A stretch of 64,000 nt of DNA, taken from assembly GCF_009914755.1 (NCBI RefSeq), contig NC_060925.1. One strand, given 5' to 3'. The DNA is from the human T2T-CHM13v2.0 reference genome, Homo sapiens. Shown one piece after another: positions 27,001 to 42,502 of this stretch. Under the pieces are notes generated by a model. The model worked only from the letters and a program-made list of their open reading frames with translations. It was not told the DNA's origin and searched no databases. The position numbers and the translations under genes are program-made. Positions within the stretch are counted from its first letter, which is position 1. Each line of letters starts with the position of its first letter.

Positions 27001-30000
27001 TCGAATGGAATCATCATCAGATGGAAATGAATGGAATCGTCATAGAATGGAATCGAATGGATTCATTGAATGGAATCAGATGGAATCATCAAATGGACTG
27101 GAATGGAATCATTGAATGGACTCGAAAGGGATCATTATTGAATGGAATTGAATGGAATCATCGAATGGTCTCGATTGGAATCATTATCAAATGGAATCGA
27201 ATGGAATCACCGAATAGAATCGAATGGAACAATCATCGAATGGACTCAAATGGAATTATCCTCCAATGGAATCGAATGGAATTATCGAATGCAATCGAAT
27301 GGAATTATCGAATGCAATCGAATAGAATCATCGAATGGACTCGAATGGAATCATCGAATGGAATGGAATGGAACAGTCAATGAACTCGAATGGAATCATC
27401 ATTGAATGGAATCGAATGGAATCATCGAGTGGAATCGAATGGAATTATGATCAAATGGAATCGAATGTAATCATCATCAAATGGAATCAAAAATAACCAT
27501 CATCAATTGGTATTGAATGGAATTGTCATCAAATGGAATTCAAAGGAATCATCATCAAATGGAACCGAATGGAATCCTCATTGAATGGAAATGAAAGGGG
27601 TCATCATCTAATGGAATCGCATGGAATCATCATCAAATGGAATCGAATGGAATCATCATCAAATGGAATCTAATGGAATCATTGAACAGAATTGAATGGA
27701 ATCGTCATCGAATGAATTGAATGCAATCATCGAATGGTCTCGAATGGAATCATCTTCTAATGGAAAGGAATGGAATCATCGCATAGAATCGAATGGAATT
27801 ATCATCGAATGGAATCGAATGGTATCAACACCAAACGGAAAAAAACGGAATTATCGAATGGAATCGAAGAGAATCTTCGAACGGACCCGAATGGAATCAT
27901 CTAATGGAATGGAATGGAATAATCCATGGACTCGAATGCAATCATCATCGAATGGAATGGAATGGAATCATCGAATGGACTCGAATGGAATAATCATTGA
28001 ATGGAATCGAATGGAATCATCATCGGATGGAAACGAATGGAATCATCATCGAATGGAAATGAAAGGAGTCATCATCTAATGGAATTGCATGGAATCATCA
28101 TAAAATGGAATCGAATGGAATCAACATCAAATGGAATCAAATGGAATCATTGAACGGAATTGAATGGAATCGTCATCGAATGAATTGACTGCAATCATCG
28201 AATGGTCTCGAATGGAATCATCTTCAAATGGAATGGAATGGAATCATCGCATAGAATCGAATGGAATTATCATCGAATGGAATCGAATGGAATCAACATC
28301 AAACGGAAAAAAACGGAATTATCGAATGGAATCGAAGAGAATCATCGAATGGACCCGAATGGAATCATCTAATGGAATGGAATGGAATAATCCATGGACT
28401 CGAATGCAATCATCATCGAATGGAATCGAATGGAATCATCGAATGGACTCGAATGGAATAATCATTGAACGGAATTGAATGGAATCATCATCGGATGGAA
28501 ATGAATGGAATCATCATCGAATGGAATCGAATAGAATTATGGAATGAAATCCAGTGTGATCATCATCGAATGGACCCGAATGGAATCATCATCCAACGGA
28601 AGCTAATGGAATCAACATCGAATGAATCGAATGGAAACACCATCGAATTGAAACGAATGGAATTATCATGAAATTGAAATGGATGGACTCATCATCGAAT
28701 GGATTCGAATGGAATCATCGAATAAAATTGATTGAAATCATCATCGAATGGAATCGAATGGTATCATTGAATGGAATCGAATGGAATCATCATCAGATGG
28801 AAATGAATGGAATCGTCATAGAATGGAATCGAATGGATTCATTGAATGGAATCAGATGGAATCATCGAATGGACTGGAATGGAATCATTGAATGGACTCG
28901 AAAGGGATCATTATTGAATGGAATTGAATGGAATCATCGAATGATCTCGATTGGAATCATTATCAAATGGAATCGAATGGAATCACCGAATAGAATCGAA
29001 TGGAACAATCATCGAATGGACTCAAATGGAATTATCCTCCAATGGAATCGAATGGAATTATCGAATGCAATCGAATGGAATTATCGAATGCAATCGAATA
29101 GAATCATCGAATGGACTCGAATGGAATCATCGAATGGAATGGAATGGAACAGTAAATGAACTCGAATGGAATCATCATTGAATGGAATCGAATGGAATCA
29201 TCGAGTGGAATCGAATGGAATTATGATCAAATGGAATCGAATGTAATCATCATCAAATGGAATCAAAAATAACCATCATCAATTGGTATTGAATGGAATT
29301 GTCATCAAATGGAATTCAAAGGAATCATCATCAAATGGAACCGAATGGAATCCTCATTGAATGGAAATGAAAGGGGTCATCATCTAATGGAATCGCATGG
29401 AATCATCATCAAATGGAATCGAATGGAATCATCATCAAATGGAATCTAATGGAATCATTGAACAGAATTGAATGGAATCGTCATCGAATGAATTGAATGC
29501 AATCATCGAATGGTCTCGAATGGAATCATCTTCTAATGGAAAGGAATGGAATCATCGCATAGAATCGAATGGAATTATCATCGAATGGAATCGAATGGTA
29601 TCAACACCAAACGGAAAAAAACGGAATTATCGAATGGAATCGAAGAGAATCTTCGAACGGACCCGAATGGAATCATCTAATGGAATGGAATGGAATAATC
29701 CATGGACTCGAATGCAATCATCATCGAATGGAATCGAATGGAATCATCGAATGGACTCGAATGGAATAATCATTGAACGGAATCGAATGGAATCATCATC
29801 GGATGGAAACGAATGGAATCATCATCGAATGGAAATGAAAGGAGTCATCATCTAATGGAATTGCATGGAATCATCATAAAATGGAATCGAATGGAATCAA
29901 CATCAAATGGAATCAAATGGAATCATTGAACGGAATTGAATGGAATCGTCATCGAATGAATTGAATGCAATCATCGAATGGTCTCGAATGGATTCATCTT

Positions 30001-32219
30001 CAAATGGAATGGAATGGAATCATCGCATAGAATCGAATGGAATTATCATCGAATGGAATCGAATGGAATCAACATCAAACGGAAAAAAACGGAATTATCG
30101 AATGGAATCGAAGAGAATCATCGAATGGACCCGAATGGAATCATCTAATGGAATGGAATGGAATAATCCATGGACTCGAATGCAATCATCATCGAATGGA
30201 ATCGAATGGAATCATCGAATGGACTCGAATGGAATAATCATTGAACGGAATTGAATGGAATCATCATCGGATGGAAATGAATGGAATCATCATCGAATGG
30301 AATCGAATAGAATTATGGAATGAAATCCAGTGTGATCATCATCGAATGGACCCGAATGGAATCATCATCCAACGGAAGCTAATGGAATAAACATCGAATG
30401 AATCGAATGGAAACACCATCGAATTGAAACGAATGGAATTATCATGAAATTGAAATGGATGGACTCATCATCGAATGGATTCGAATGGAATCATCGAATA
30501 AAATTGATTGAAATCATCAACGAATGGAATCGAATGGTATCATTGAATGGAATCGAATGGAATCATCATCAGATGGAAATGAATGGAATCGTCATAGAAT
30601 GGAATCGAATGGATTCATTGAATGGAATCAGATGGAATCATCGAATGGACTGGAATGGAATCATTGAATGGACTCGAAAGGGATCATTATTGAATGGAAT
30701 TGAATGGAATCATCGAATGGTCTCGATTGGAATCATTATCAAATGGAATCGAATGGAATCACCGAATAGAATCGAATGGAACAATCATCGAATGGACTCA
30801 AATGGAATTATCCTCCAATGGAATCGAATGGAATTATCGAATGCAATCGAATGGAATTATCGAATGCAATCGAATAGAATCATCGAATGGACTCGAATGG
30901 AATCATCGAATGGAATGGAATGGAACAGTCAATGAACTCGAATGGAATCATCATTGAATGGAATCGAATGGAATCATCGAGTGGAATCGAATGGAATTAT
31001 GATCAAATGGAATCGAATGTAATCTTCATGAAATGGAATCAAAAATAACCATCATCAATTGGTATTGAATGGAATTGTCATCAAATGGAATTCAAAGGAA
31101 TCATCATCAAATGGAACCGAATGGAATCCTCATTGAATGGAAATGAAAGGGGTCATCATCTAATGGAATCGCATGGAATCATCATCAAATGGAATCGAAT
31201 GGAATCATCATCAAATGGAATCTAATGGAATCATTGAACAGAATTGAATGGAATCGTCATCGAATGAATTGAATGCAATCATCGAATGGTCTCGAATGGA
31301 ATCATCTTCTAATGGAAAGGAATGGAATCATCACATAGAATCGAATGGAATTATCATCGAATGGAATCAAATGGTATCAACACCAAACGGAAAAAAACGG
31401 AATTATCGAATGGAATCGAAGAGAATCTTCGAACGGAACCGAATGGAATCATCTAATGGAATGGAATGGAATAATCCATGGACTCGAATGCAATCATCAT
31501 CGAATGGAATCGAATGGAATCATCGAATGGACTCGAATGGAATAATCATTGAACGGAATCGAATGGAATCATCATCGGATGGAAACGAATGGAATCATCA
31601 TCGAATGGAAATGAAAGGAGTCATCATCTAATGGAATTGCATGGAATCATCATAAAATGGAATCGAATGGAATCAACATCAAATGGAATCAAATGGAATC
31701 ATTGAACGGAATTGAATGGAATCGTCATCGAATGAATTGACTGCAATCATCGAATGGTCTCGAATGGAATCATCTTCAAATGGAATGGAATGGAATCATC
31801 GCATAGAATCGAATGGAATTATCATCGAATGGAATCGAATGGAATCAACATCAAACGGAAAAAAACGGAATTACCGAATGGAATCGAAGAGAATCATCGA
31901 ATGGACCCGAATGGAATCATCTAATGGAATGGAATGGAATAATCCATGGACTCGAATGCAATCATCATCGAATGGAATCGAATGGAATCATCGAATGGAC
32001 TCGAATGGAATAATCATTGAACGGAATTGAATGGAATCATCATCGGATGGAAATGAATGGAATCATCATCGAATGGAATCGAATAGAATCATGGAATGAA
32101 ATCCAGTGTGATCATCATCGAATGGACCCGAATGGAATCATCATCCAACGGAAGCTAATGGAATAAACATCGAATGAATCGAATGGAAACACCATCGAAT
32201 TGAAACGAATGGAATTATC

Positions 32220-34931
32220 ATGAAATTGAAATGGATGGACTCATCATCGAATGGATTCGAATGGAATCATCGAATAAAATTGATTGAAATCATCATCGAA
32301 TGGAATCGAATGGTATCATTGAATGGAATCGAATGGAATCATCATCAGATGGAAATGAATGGAATCGTCATAGAATGGAATCGAATGGATTCATTGAATG
32401 GAATCAGATGGAATCATCGAATGGACTGGAATGGAATCATTGAATGGACTCGAAAGGGATCATTATTGAATGGAATTGAATGGAATCATCGAATGGTCTC
32501 GATTGGAATCATTATCAAATGGAATCGAATGGAATCACCGAATAGAATCGAATGGAACAATCATCGAATGGACTCAAATGGAATTATCCTCCAATGGAAT
32601 CGAATGGAATTATCGAATGCAATCGAATGGAATTATCGAATGCAATCGAATAGAATCATCGAATGGACTCGAATGGAATCATCGAATGGAATGGAATGGA
32701 ACAGTCAATGAACTCGAATGGAATCATCATTGAATGGAATCGAATGGAATCATCGAGTGGAATCGAATGGAATTATGATCAAATGGAATCGAATGTAATC
32801 ATCATCAAATGGAATCAAAAATAACCATCATCAATTGGTATTGAATGGAATTGTCATCAAATGGAATTCAAAGGAATCATCATCAAATGGAACCGAATGG
32901 AATCCTCATTGAATGGAAATGAAAGGGGTCATCATCTAATGGAATCGCATGGAATCATCATCAAATGGAATCGAATGGAATCATCATCAAATGGAATCTA
33001 ATGGAATCATTGAACAGAATTGAATGGAATCGTCATCGAATGAATTGAATGCAATCATCGAATGGTCTCGAATGGAATCATCTTCTAATGGAAAGGAATG
33101 GAATCATCGCATAGAATCGAATGGAATTATCATCGAATGGAATCGAATGGTATCAACACCAAACGGAAAAAAACGGAATTATCGAATGGAATCGAAGAGA
33201 ATCTTCGAACGGACCCGAATGGAATCATCTAATGGAATGGAATGGAATAATCCATGGACTCGAATGCAATCATCATCGAATGGAATCGAATGGAATCATC
33301 GAATGGACTCGAATGGAATAATCATTGAACGGAATCGAATGGAATCATCATCGGATGGAAACGAATGGAATCATCATCGAATGGAAATGAAAGGAGTCAT
33401 CATCTAATGGAATTGCATGGAATCATCATAAAATGGAATCGAATGGAATCAACATCAAATGGAATCAAATGGAATCATTGAACGGAATTGAATGGAATCG
33501 TCATCGAATGAATTGACTGCAATCATCGAATGGTCTCGAATGGAATCATCTTCAAATGGAATGGAATGGAATCATCGCATAGAATCGAATGGAATTATCA
33601 TCGAATGGAATCGAATGGAATCAACATCAAACGGAAAAAAACAGAATTATCGAATGGAATCGAAGAGAATCATCGAATGGACCCGAATGGAATCATCTAA
33701 TGGAATGGAATGGAATAATCCATGGACTCGAATGCAATCATCATCGAATGGAATCGAATGGAATCATCGAATGGACTCGAATGGAATAATCATTGAACGG
33801 AATCGAATGGAATCATCATCGGATGGAAACGAATGGAATCATCATCGAATGGAAATGAAAGGAGTCATCATCTAATGGAATTGCATGGAATCATCATAAA
33901 ATGGAATCGAATGGAATCAACATCAAATGGAATCAAATGGAATCATTGAACGGAATTGAATGGAATCGTCATCGAATGAATTGACTGCAATCATCGAATG
34001 GTCTCGAATGGAATCATCTTCAAATGGAATGGAATGGAATCATCGCATAGAATCGAATGGAATTATCATCGAATGGAATCGAATGGAATCAACATCAAAC
34101 GGAAAAAAACAGAATTATCGTATGGAATCGAAGAGAATCATCGAATGGACCCGAATGGAATCATCTAATGGAATGGAATGGAATAATCCATGGACTCGAA
34201 TGCAATCATCATCGAATGGAATCGAATGGAATCATCGAATGGACTCGAATGGAATAATCATTGAACGGAATCGAATGGAATCATCATCGGATGGAAACGA
34301 ATGGAATCATCATCGAATGGAAATGAAAGGAGTCATCATCTAATGGAATTGCATGGAATCATCATAAAATGGAATCGAATGGAATCAACATCAAATGGAA
34401 TCAAATGGAATCATTGAACGGAATTGAATGGAATCGTCATCGAATGAATTGACTGCAATCATCGAATGGTCTCGAATGGAATCATCTTCAAATGGAATGG
34501 AATGGAATCATCGCATAGAATCGAATGGAATTATCATCGAATGGAATCGAATGGAATCAACATCAAACGGAAAAAAACGGAATTATCGAATGGAATCGAA
34601 GAGAATCATCGAATGGACCCGAATGGAATCATCTAATGGAATGGAATGGAATAATCCATGGACTCGAATGCAATCATCATCGAATGGAATCGAATGGAAT
34701 CATCGAATGGACTCGAATGGAATAATCATTGAACGGAATTGAATGGAATCATCATCGGATGGAAATGAATGGAATCATCATCGAATGGAATCGAATAGAA
34801 TCATGGAATGAAATCCAGTGTGATCATCATCGAATGGACCCGAATGGAATCATCATCCAACGGAAGCTAATGGAATAAACATCGAATGAATCGAATGGAA
34901 ACACCATCGAATTGAAACGAATGGAATTATC
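32220..34931 (+). repeat. Longest unit variant, 2,712 bp (four sub-repeats)
   Basis: Landmark spacing = 1,776 + 2x468; the equivalent pseudo-ORF starts fall at 33024, 33492, 33960 and 34428. Confidence 0.92.
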
Positions 34932-37900
34932 ATGAAATTGAAATGGATGGACTCATCATCGAATGGATTCGAATGGAATCATCGAATAAAATTGATTGAA
35001 ATCATCATCGAATGGAATCGAATGGTATCATTGAATGGAATCGAATGGAATCATCATCAGATGGAAATGAATGGAATCGTCATAGAATGGAATCGAATGG
35101 ATTCATTGAATGGAATCAGATGGAATCATCGAATGGACTGGAATGGAATCATTGAATGGACTCGAAAGGGATCATGATTGAATGGAATTGAATGGAATCA
35201 TCGAATGGTCTCGATTGGAATCATTATCAAATGGAATCGAATGGAATCACCGAATAGAATCGAATGGAACAATCATCGAATGGACTCAAATGGAATTATC
35301 CTCCAATGGAATCGAATGGAATTATCGAATGCAATCGAATGGAATTATCGAATGCAATCGAATAGAATCATCGAATGGACTCGAATGGAATCATCGAATG
35401 GAATGGAATGGAACAGTCAATGAACTCGAATGGAATCATCATTGAATGGAATCGAATGGAATCATCGAGTGGAATCGAATGGAATTATGATCAAATGGAA
35501 TCGAATGTAATCATCATCAAATGGAATCAAAAATAACCATCATCAATTGGTATTGAATGGAATTGTCATCAAATGGAATTCAAAGGAATCATCATCAAAT
35601 GGAACCGAATGGAATCCTCATTGAATGGAAATGAAAGGGGTCATCATCTAATGGAATCGCATGGAATCATCATCAAATGGAATCGAATGGAATCATCATC
35701 AAATGGAATCTAATGGAATCATTGAACAGAATTGAATGGAATCGTCATCGAATGAATTGAATGCAATCATCGAATGGTCTCGAATGGAATCACCTTCTAA
35801 TGGAAAGGAATGGAATCATCGCATAGAATCGAATGGAATTATCATCGAATGGAATCGAATGGTATCAACACCAAACGGAAAAAAACGGAATTATCGAATG
35901 GAATCGAAGAGAATCTTCGAACGGACCCGAATGGAATCATCTAATGGAATGGAATGGAATAATCCATGGACTCGAATGCAATCATCATCGAATGGAATCG
36001 AATGGAATCATCGAATGGACTCGAATGGAATAATCATTGAACGGAATCGAATGGAATCATCATCGGATGGAAACGAATGGAATCATCATCGAATGGAAAT
36101 GAAAGGAGTCATCATCTAATGGAATTGCATGGAATCATCATAAAATGGAATCGAATGGAATCAACATCAAATGGAATCAAATGGAATCATTGAACGGAAT
36201 TGAATGGAATCGTCATCGAATGAATTGACTGCAATCATCGAATGGTCTCGAATGGAATCATCTTCAAATGGAATGGAATGGAATCATCGCATAGAATCGA
36301 ATGGAATTATCATCGAATGGAATCGAATGGAATCAACATCAAACGGAAAAAAACAGAATTATCGAATGGAATCGAAGAGAATCATCGAATGGACCCGAAT
36401 GGAATCATCTAATGGAATGGAATGGAATAATCCATGGACTCGAATGCAATCATCATCGAATGGAATCGAATGGAATCATCGAATGGACTCGAATGGAATA
36501 ATCATTGAACGGAATTGAATGGAATCATCATCGGATGGAAATGAATGGAATCATCATCGAATGGAATCGAATAGAATTATGGAATGAAATCCAGTGTGAT
36601 CATCATCGAATGGACCCGAATGGAATCATCATCCAACGGAAGCTAATGGAATCAACATCGAATGAATCGAATGGAAACACCATCGAATTGAAACGAATGG
36701 AATTATCATGAAATTGAAATGGATGGACTCATCATCGAATGGATTCGAATGGAATCATCGAATAAAATTGATTGAAATCATCATCGAATGGAATCGAATG
36801 GTATCATTGAATGGAATCGAATGGAATCATCATCAGATGGAAATGAATGGAATCGTCATAGAATGGAATCGAATGGATTCATTGAATGGAATCAGATGGA
36901 ATCATCGAATGGACTGGAATGGAATCATTGAATGGACTCGAAAGGGATCATTATTGAATGGAATTGAATGGAATCATCGAATGGTCTCGATTGGAATCAT
37001 TATCAAATGGAATCGAATGGAATCACCGAATAGAATCGAATGGAACAATCATCGAATGGACTCAAATGGAATTATCCTCAAATGGAATCGAATGGAATTA
37101 TCGAATGCAATCGAATGGAATTATCGAATGCAATCGAATAGAATCATCGAATGGACTCGAATGGAATCATCGAATGGAATGGAATGGAACAGTCAATGAA
37201 CTCGAATGGAATCATCATTGAATGGAATCGAATGGAATCATCGAGTGGAATCGAATGGAATTATGATCAAATGGAATCGAATGTAATCATCATCAAATGG
37301 AATCAAAAATAACCATCATCAATTGGTATTGAATGGAATTGTCATCAAATGGAATTCAAAGGAATCATCATCAAATGGAACCGAATGGAATCCTCATTGA
37401 ATGGAAATGAAAGGGGTCATCATCTAATGGAATCGCATGGAATCATCATCAAATGGAATCGAATGGAATCATCATCAAATGGAATCTAATGGAATCATTG
37501 AACAGAATTGAATGGAATCGTCATCGAATGAATTGAATGCAATCATCGAATGGTCTCGAATGGAATCATCTTCTAATGGAAAGGAATGGAATCATCGCAT
37601 AGAATCGAATGGAATTATCATCGAATGGAATCGAATGGTATCAACACCAAACGGAAAAAAACGGAATTATCGAATGGAATCGAAGAGAATCTTCGAACGG
37701 ACACGAATGGAATCATCTAATGGAATGGAATGGAATAATCCATGGACTCGAATGCAATCATCATCGAATGGAATCGAATGGAATCATCCAATGGACTCGA
37801 ATGGAATAATCATTGAACGGAATCGAATGGAATCATCATCGGATGGAAACGAATGGAATCATCATCGAATGGAAATGAAAGGAGTCATCATCTAATGGAA

Positions 37901-38483
37901 TTGCATGGAATCATCATAAAATGGAATCGAATGGAATCAACATCAAATGGAATCAAATGGAATCATTGAACGGAATTGAATGGAATCGTCATCGAATGAA
38001 TTGAATGCAATCATCGAATGGTCTCGAATGGAATCATCTTCAAATGGAATGGAATGGAATCATCGCATAGAATCGAATGGAATTATCATCGAATGGAATC
38101 GAATGGAATCAACATCAAACGGAAAAAAACGGAATTATCGAATGGAATCGAAGAGAATCATCGAATGGACCCGAATGGAATCATCTAATGGAATGGAATG
38201 GAATAATCCATGGACTCGAATGCAATCATCATCGAATGGAATCGAATGGAATCATCGAATGGACTCGAATGGAATAATCATTGAACGGAATCGAATGGAA
38301 TCATCATCGGATGGAAATGAATGGAATCATCATCGAATGGAATCGAATAGAATTATGGAATGAAATCCAGTGTGATCATCATCGAATGGACCCGAATGGA
38401 ATCATCATCTAACGGAAGCTAATGGAATCAACATCGAATGAATCGAATGGAAACACCATCGAATTGAAACGAATGGAATTATC

Positions 38484-40727
38484 ATGAAATTGAAATGGAT
38501 GGACTCATCATCGAATGGATTCGAATGGAATCATCGAATAAAATTGATTGAAATCATCATCCAATGGAATCGAATGGTATCATTGAATGGAATCGAATGG
38601 AATCATCATCAGATGGAAATGAATGGAATCGTCATAAAATGGAATCGAATGGATTCATTGAATGGAATCAGATGGAATCATCGAATGGACTGGAATGGAA
38701 TCATTGAATGGACTCGAAAGGGATCATTATTGAATGGAATTGAATGGAATCATCGAATGGTCTCGATTGGAATCATTATCAAATGGAATCGAATGGAATC
38801 ACCGAACAGAATCGAATGGAACAATCATCGAATGGACTCAAATGGAATTATCCTCCAATGGAATCGAATGGAATTATCGAATGCAATCGAATGGAATTAT
38901 CGAATGCAATCGAATAGAATCATCGAATGGACTCGAATGGAATCATCGAATGGAATGGAATGGAACAGTCAATGAACTCGAATGGAATCATCATTGAATG
39001 GAATCGAATGGAATCATCGAGTGGAATCGAATGGAATTATGATCAAATGGAATCGAATGTAATCATCATCAAATGGAATCAAAAATAACCATCATCAATT
39101 GGTATTGAATGGAATTGTCATCAAATGGAATTCAAAGGAATCATCATCAAATGGAACCGAATGGAATCCTCATTGAATGGAAATGAAAGGGGTCATCATC
39201 TAATGGAATCGCATGGAATCATCATCAAATGGAATCGAATGGAATCATCATCAAATGGAATCTAATGGAATCATTGAACAGAATTGAATGGAATCGTCAT
39301 CGAATGAATTGAATGCAATCATCGAATGGTCTCGAATGGAATCATCTTCTAATGGAAAGGAATGGAATCATCGCATAGAATCGAATGGAATTATCATCGA
39401 ATGGAATCGAATGGTATCAACACCAAACGGAAAAAAACGGAATTATCGAATGGAATCGAAGAGAATCTTCGAACGGAACCGAATGGAATCATCTAATGGA
39501 ATGGAATGGAATAATCCATGGACTCGAATGCAATCATCATCGAATGGAATCGAATGGAATCATCGAATGGACTCGAATGGAATAATCATTGAACGGAATC
39601 GAATGGAATCATCATCGGATGGAAACGAATGGAATCATCATCGAATGGAAATGAAAGGAGTCATCATCTAATGGAATTGCATGGAATCATCATAAAATGG
39701 AATCGAATGGAATCAACATCAAATGGAATCAAATGGAATCATTGAACGGAATTGAATGGAATCGTCATCGAATGAATTGACTGCAATCATCGAATGGTCT
39801 CGAATGGAATCATCTTCAAATGGAATGGAATGGAATCATCGCATAGAATCGAATGGAATTATCATCGAATGGAATCGAATGGAATCAACATCAAACGGAA
39901 AAAAACAGAATTATCGTATGGAATCGAAGAGAATCATCGAATGGACCCGAATGGAATCATCTAATGGAATGGAATGGAATAATCCATGGACTCGAATGCA
40001 ATCATCATCGAATGGAATCGAATGGAATCATCGAATGGACTCGAATGGAATAATCATTGAACGGAATCGAATGGAATCATCATCGGATGGAAACGAATGG
40101 AATCATCATCGAATGGAAATGAAAGGAGTCATCATCTAATGGAATTGCATGGAATCATCATAAAATGGAATCGAATGGAATCAACATCAAATGGAATCAA
40201 ATGGAATCATTGAACGGAATTGAATGGAATCGTCATCGAATGAATTGACTGCAATCATCGAATGGTCTCGAATGGAATCATCTTCAAATGGAATGGAATG
40301 GAATCATCGCATAGAATCGAATGGAATTATCATCGAATGGAATCGAATGGAATCAACATCAAACGGAAAAAAACGGAATTATCGAATGGAATCGAAGAGA
40401 ATCATCGAATGGACCCGAATGGAATCATCTAATGGAATGGAATGGAATAATCCATGGACTCGAATGCAATCATCATCGAATGGAATCGAATGGAATCATC
40501 GAATGGACTCGAATGGAATAATCATTGAACGGAATTGAATGGAATCATCATCGGATGGAAATGAATGGAATCATCATCGAATGGAATCGAATAGAATTAT
40601 GGAATGAAATCCAGTGTGATCATCATCGAATGGACCCGAATGGAATCATCATCCAACGGAAGCTAATGGAATAAACATCGAATGAATCGAATGGAAACAC
40701 CATCGAATTGAAACGAATGGAATTATC
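38484..40727 (+). repeat. Long unit variant, 2,244 bp (three sub-repeats)
   Basis: Landmark spacing is 2,244; sub-repeat markers at 39288, 39756 and 40224. Confidence 0.92.
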
Positions 40728-42502
40728 ATGAAATTGAAATGGATGGACTCATCATCGAATGGATTCGAATGGAATCATCGAATAAAATTGATTGAAATCA
40801 TCATCGAATGGAATCGAATGGTATCATTGAATGGAATCGAATGGAATCATCATCAGATGGAAATGAATGGAATCGTCATAGAATGGAATCGAATGGATTC
40901 ATTGAATGGAATCAGATGGAATCATCGAATGGACTGGAATGGAATCATTGAATGGACTCGAAAGGGATCATGATTGAATGGAATTGAATGGAATCATCGA
41001 ATGGTCTCGATTGGAATCATTATCAAATGGAATCGAATGGAATCACCGAATAGAATCGAATGGAACAATCATCGAATGGACTCAAATGGAATTATCCTCA
41101 AATGGAATCGAATGGAATTATCGAATGCAATCGAATGGAATTATCGAATGCAATCGAATAGAATCATCGAATGGACTCGAATGGAATCATCGAATGGAAT
41201 GGAATGGAACAGTCAATGAACTCGAATGGAATCATCATTGAATGGAATCGAATGGAATCATCGAGTGGAATCGAATGGAATTATGATCAAATGGAATCGA
41301 ATGTAATCATCATCAAATGGAATCAAAAATAACCATCATCAATTGATATTGAATGGAATTGTCATCAAATGGAATTCAAAGGAATCATCATCAAATGGAA
41401 CCGAATGGAATCTCATTGAATGGAAATGAAAGGGGTCATCATCTAATGGAATCGCATGGAATCATCATCAAATGGAATCGAATGGAATCATCATCAAATG
41501 GAATCTAATGGAAACATTGAACAGAATTGAATGGAATCGTCATCGAATGAATTGAATGCAATCATCGAATGGTCTCGAATGGAATCATCTTCTAATGGAA
41601 AGGAATGGAATCATCGCATAGAATCGAATGGAATTATCATCGAATGGAATCGAATGGTATCAACACCAAACGGAAAAAAACGGAATTATCGAATGGAATC
41701 GAAGAGAATCTTCGAACGGACCCGAATGGAATCATCTAATGGAATGGAATGGAATAATCCATGGACTCGAATGCAATCATCATCGAATGGAATCGAATGG
41801 AATCATCGAATGGACTCGAATGGAATAATCATTGAACGGAATCGAATGGAATCATCATCGGATGGAAACGAATGGAATCATCATCGAATGGAAATGAAAG
41901 GAGTCATCATCTAATGGAATTGCATGGAATCATCATAAAATGGAATCGAATGGAATCAACATCAAATGGAATCAAATGGAATCATTGAACGGAATTGAAT
42001 GGAATCGTCATCGAATGAATTGAATGCAATCATCGAATGGTCTCGAATGGAATCATCTTCAAATGGAATGGAATGGAATCATCGCATAGAATCGAATGGA
42101 ATTATCATCGAATGGAATCGAATGGAATCAACATCAAACGGAAAAAAACGGAATTATCGAATGGAATCGAAGAGAATCATCGAATGGACCCGAATGGAAT
42201 CATCTAATGGAATGGAATGGAATAATCCATGGACTCGAATGCAATCATCATCGAATGGAATCGAATGGAATCATCGAATGGACTCGAATGGAATAATCAT
42301 TGAACGGAATCGAATGGAATCATCATCGGATGGAAATGAATGGAATCATCATCGAATGGAATCGAATAGAATTATGGAATGAAATCCAGTGTGATCATCA
42401 TCGAATGGACCCGAATGGAATCATCATCTAACGGAAGCTAATGGAATCAACATCGAATGAATCGAATGGAAACACCATCGAATTGAAACGAATGGAATTA
42501 TC

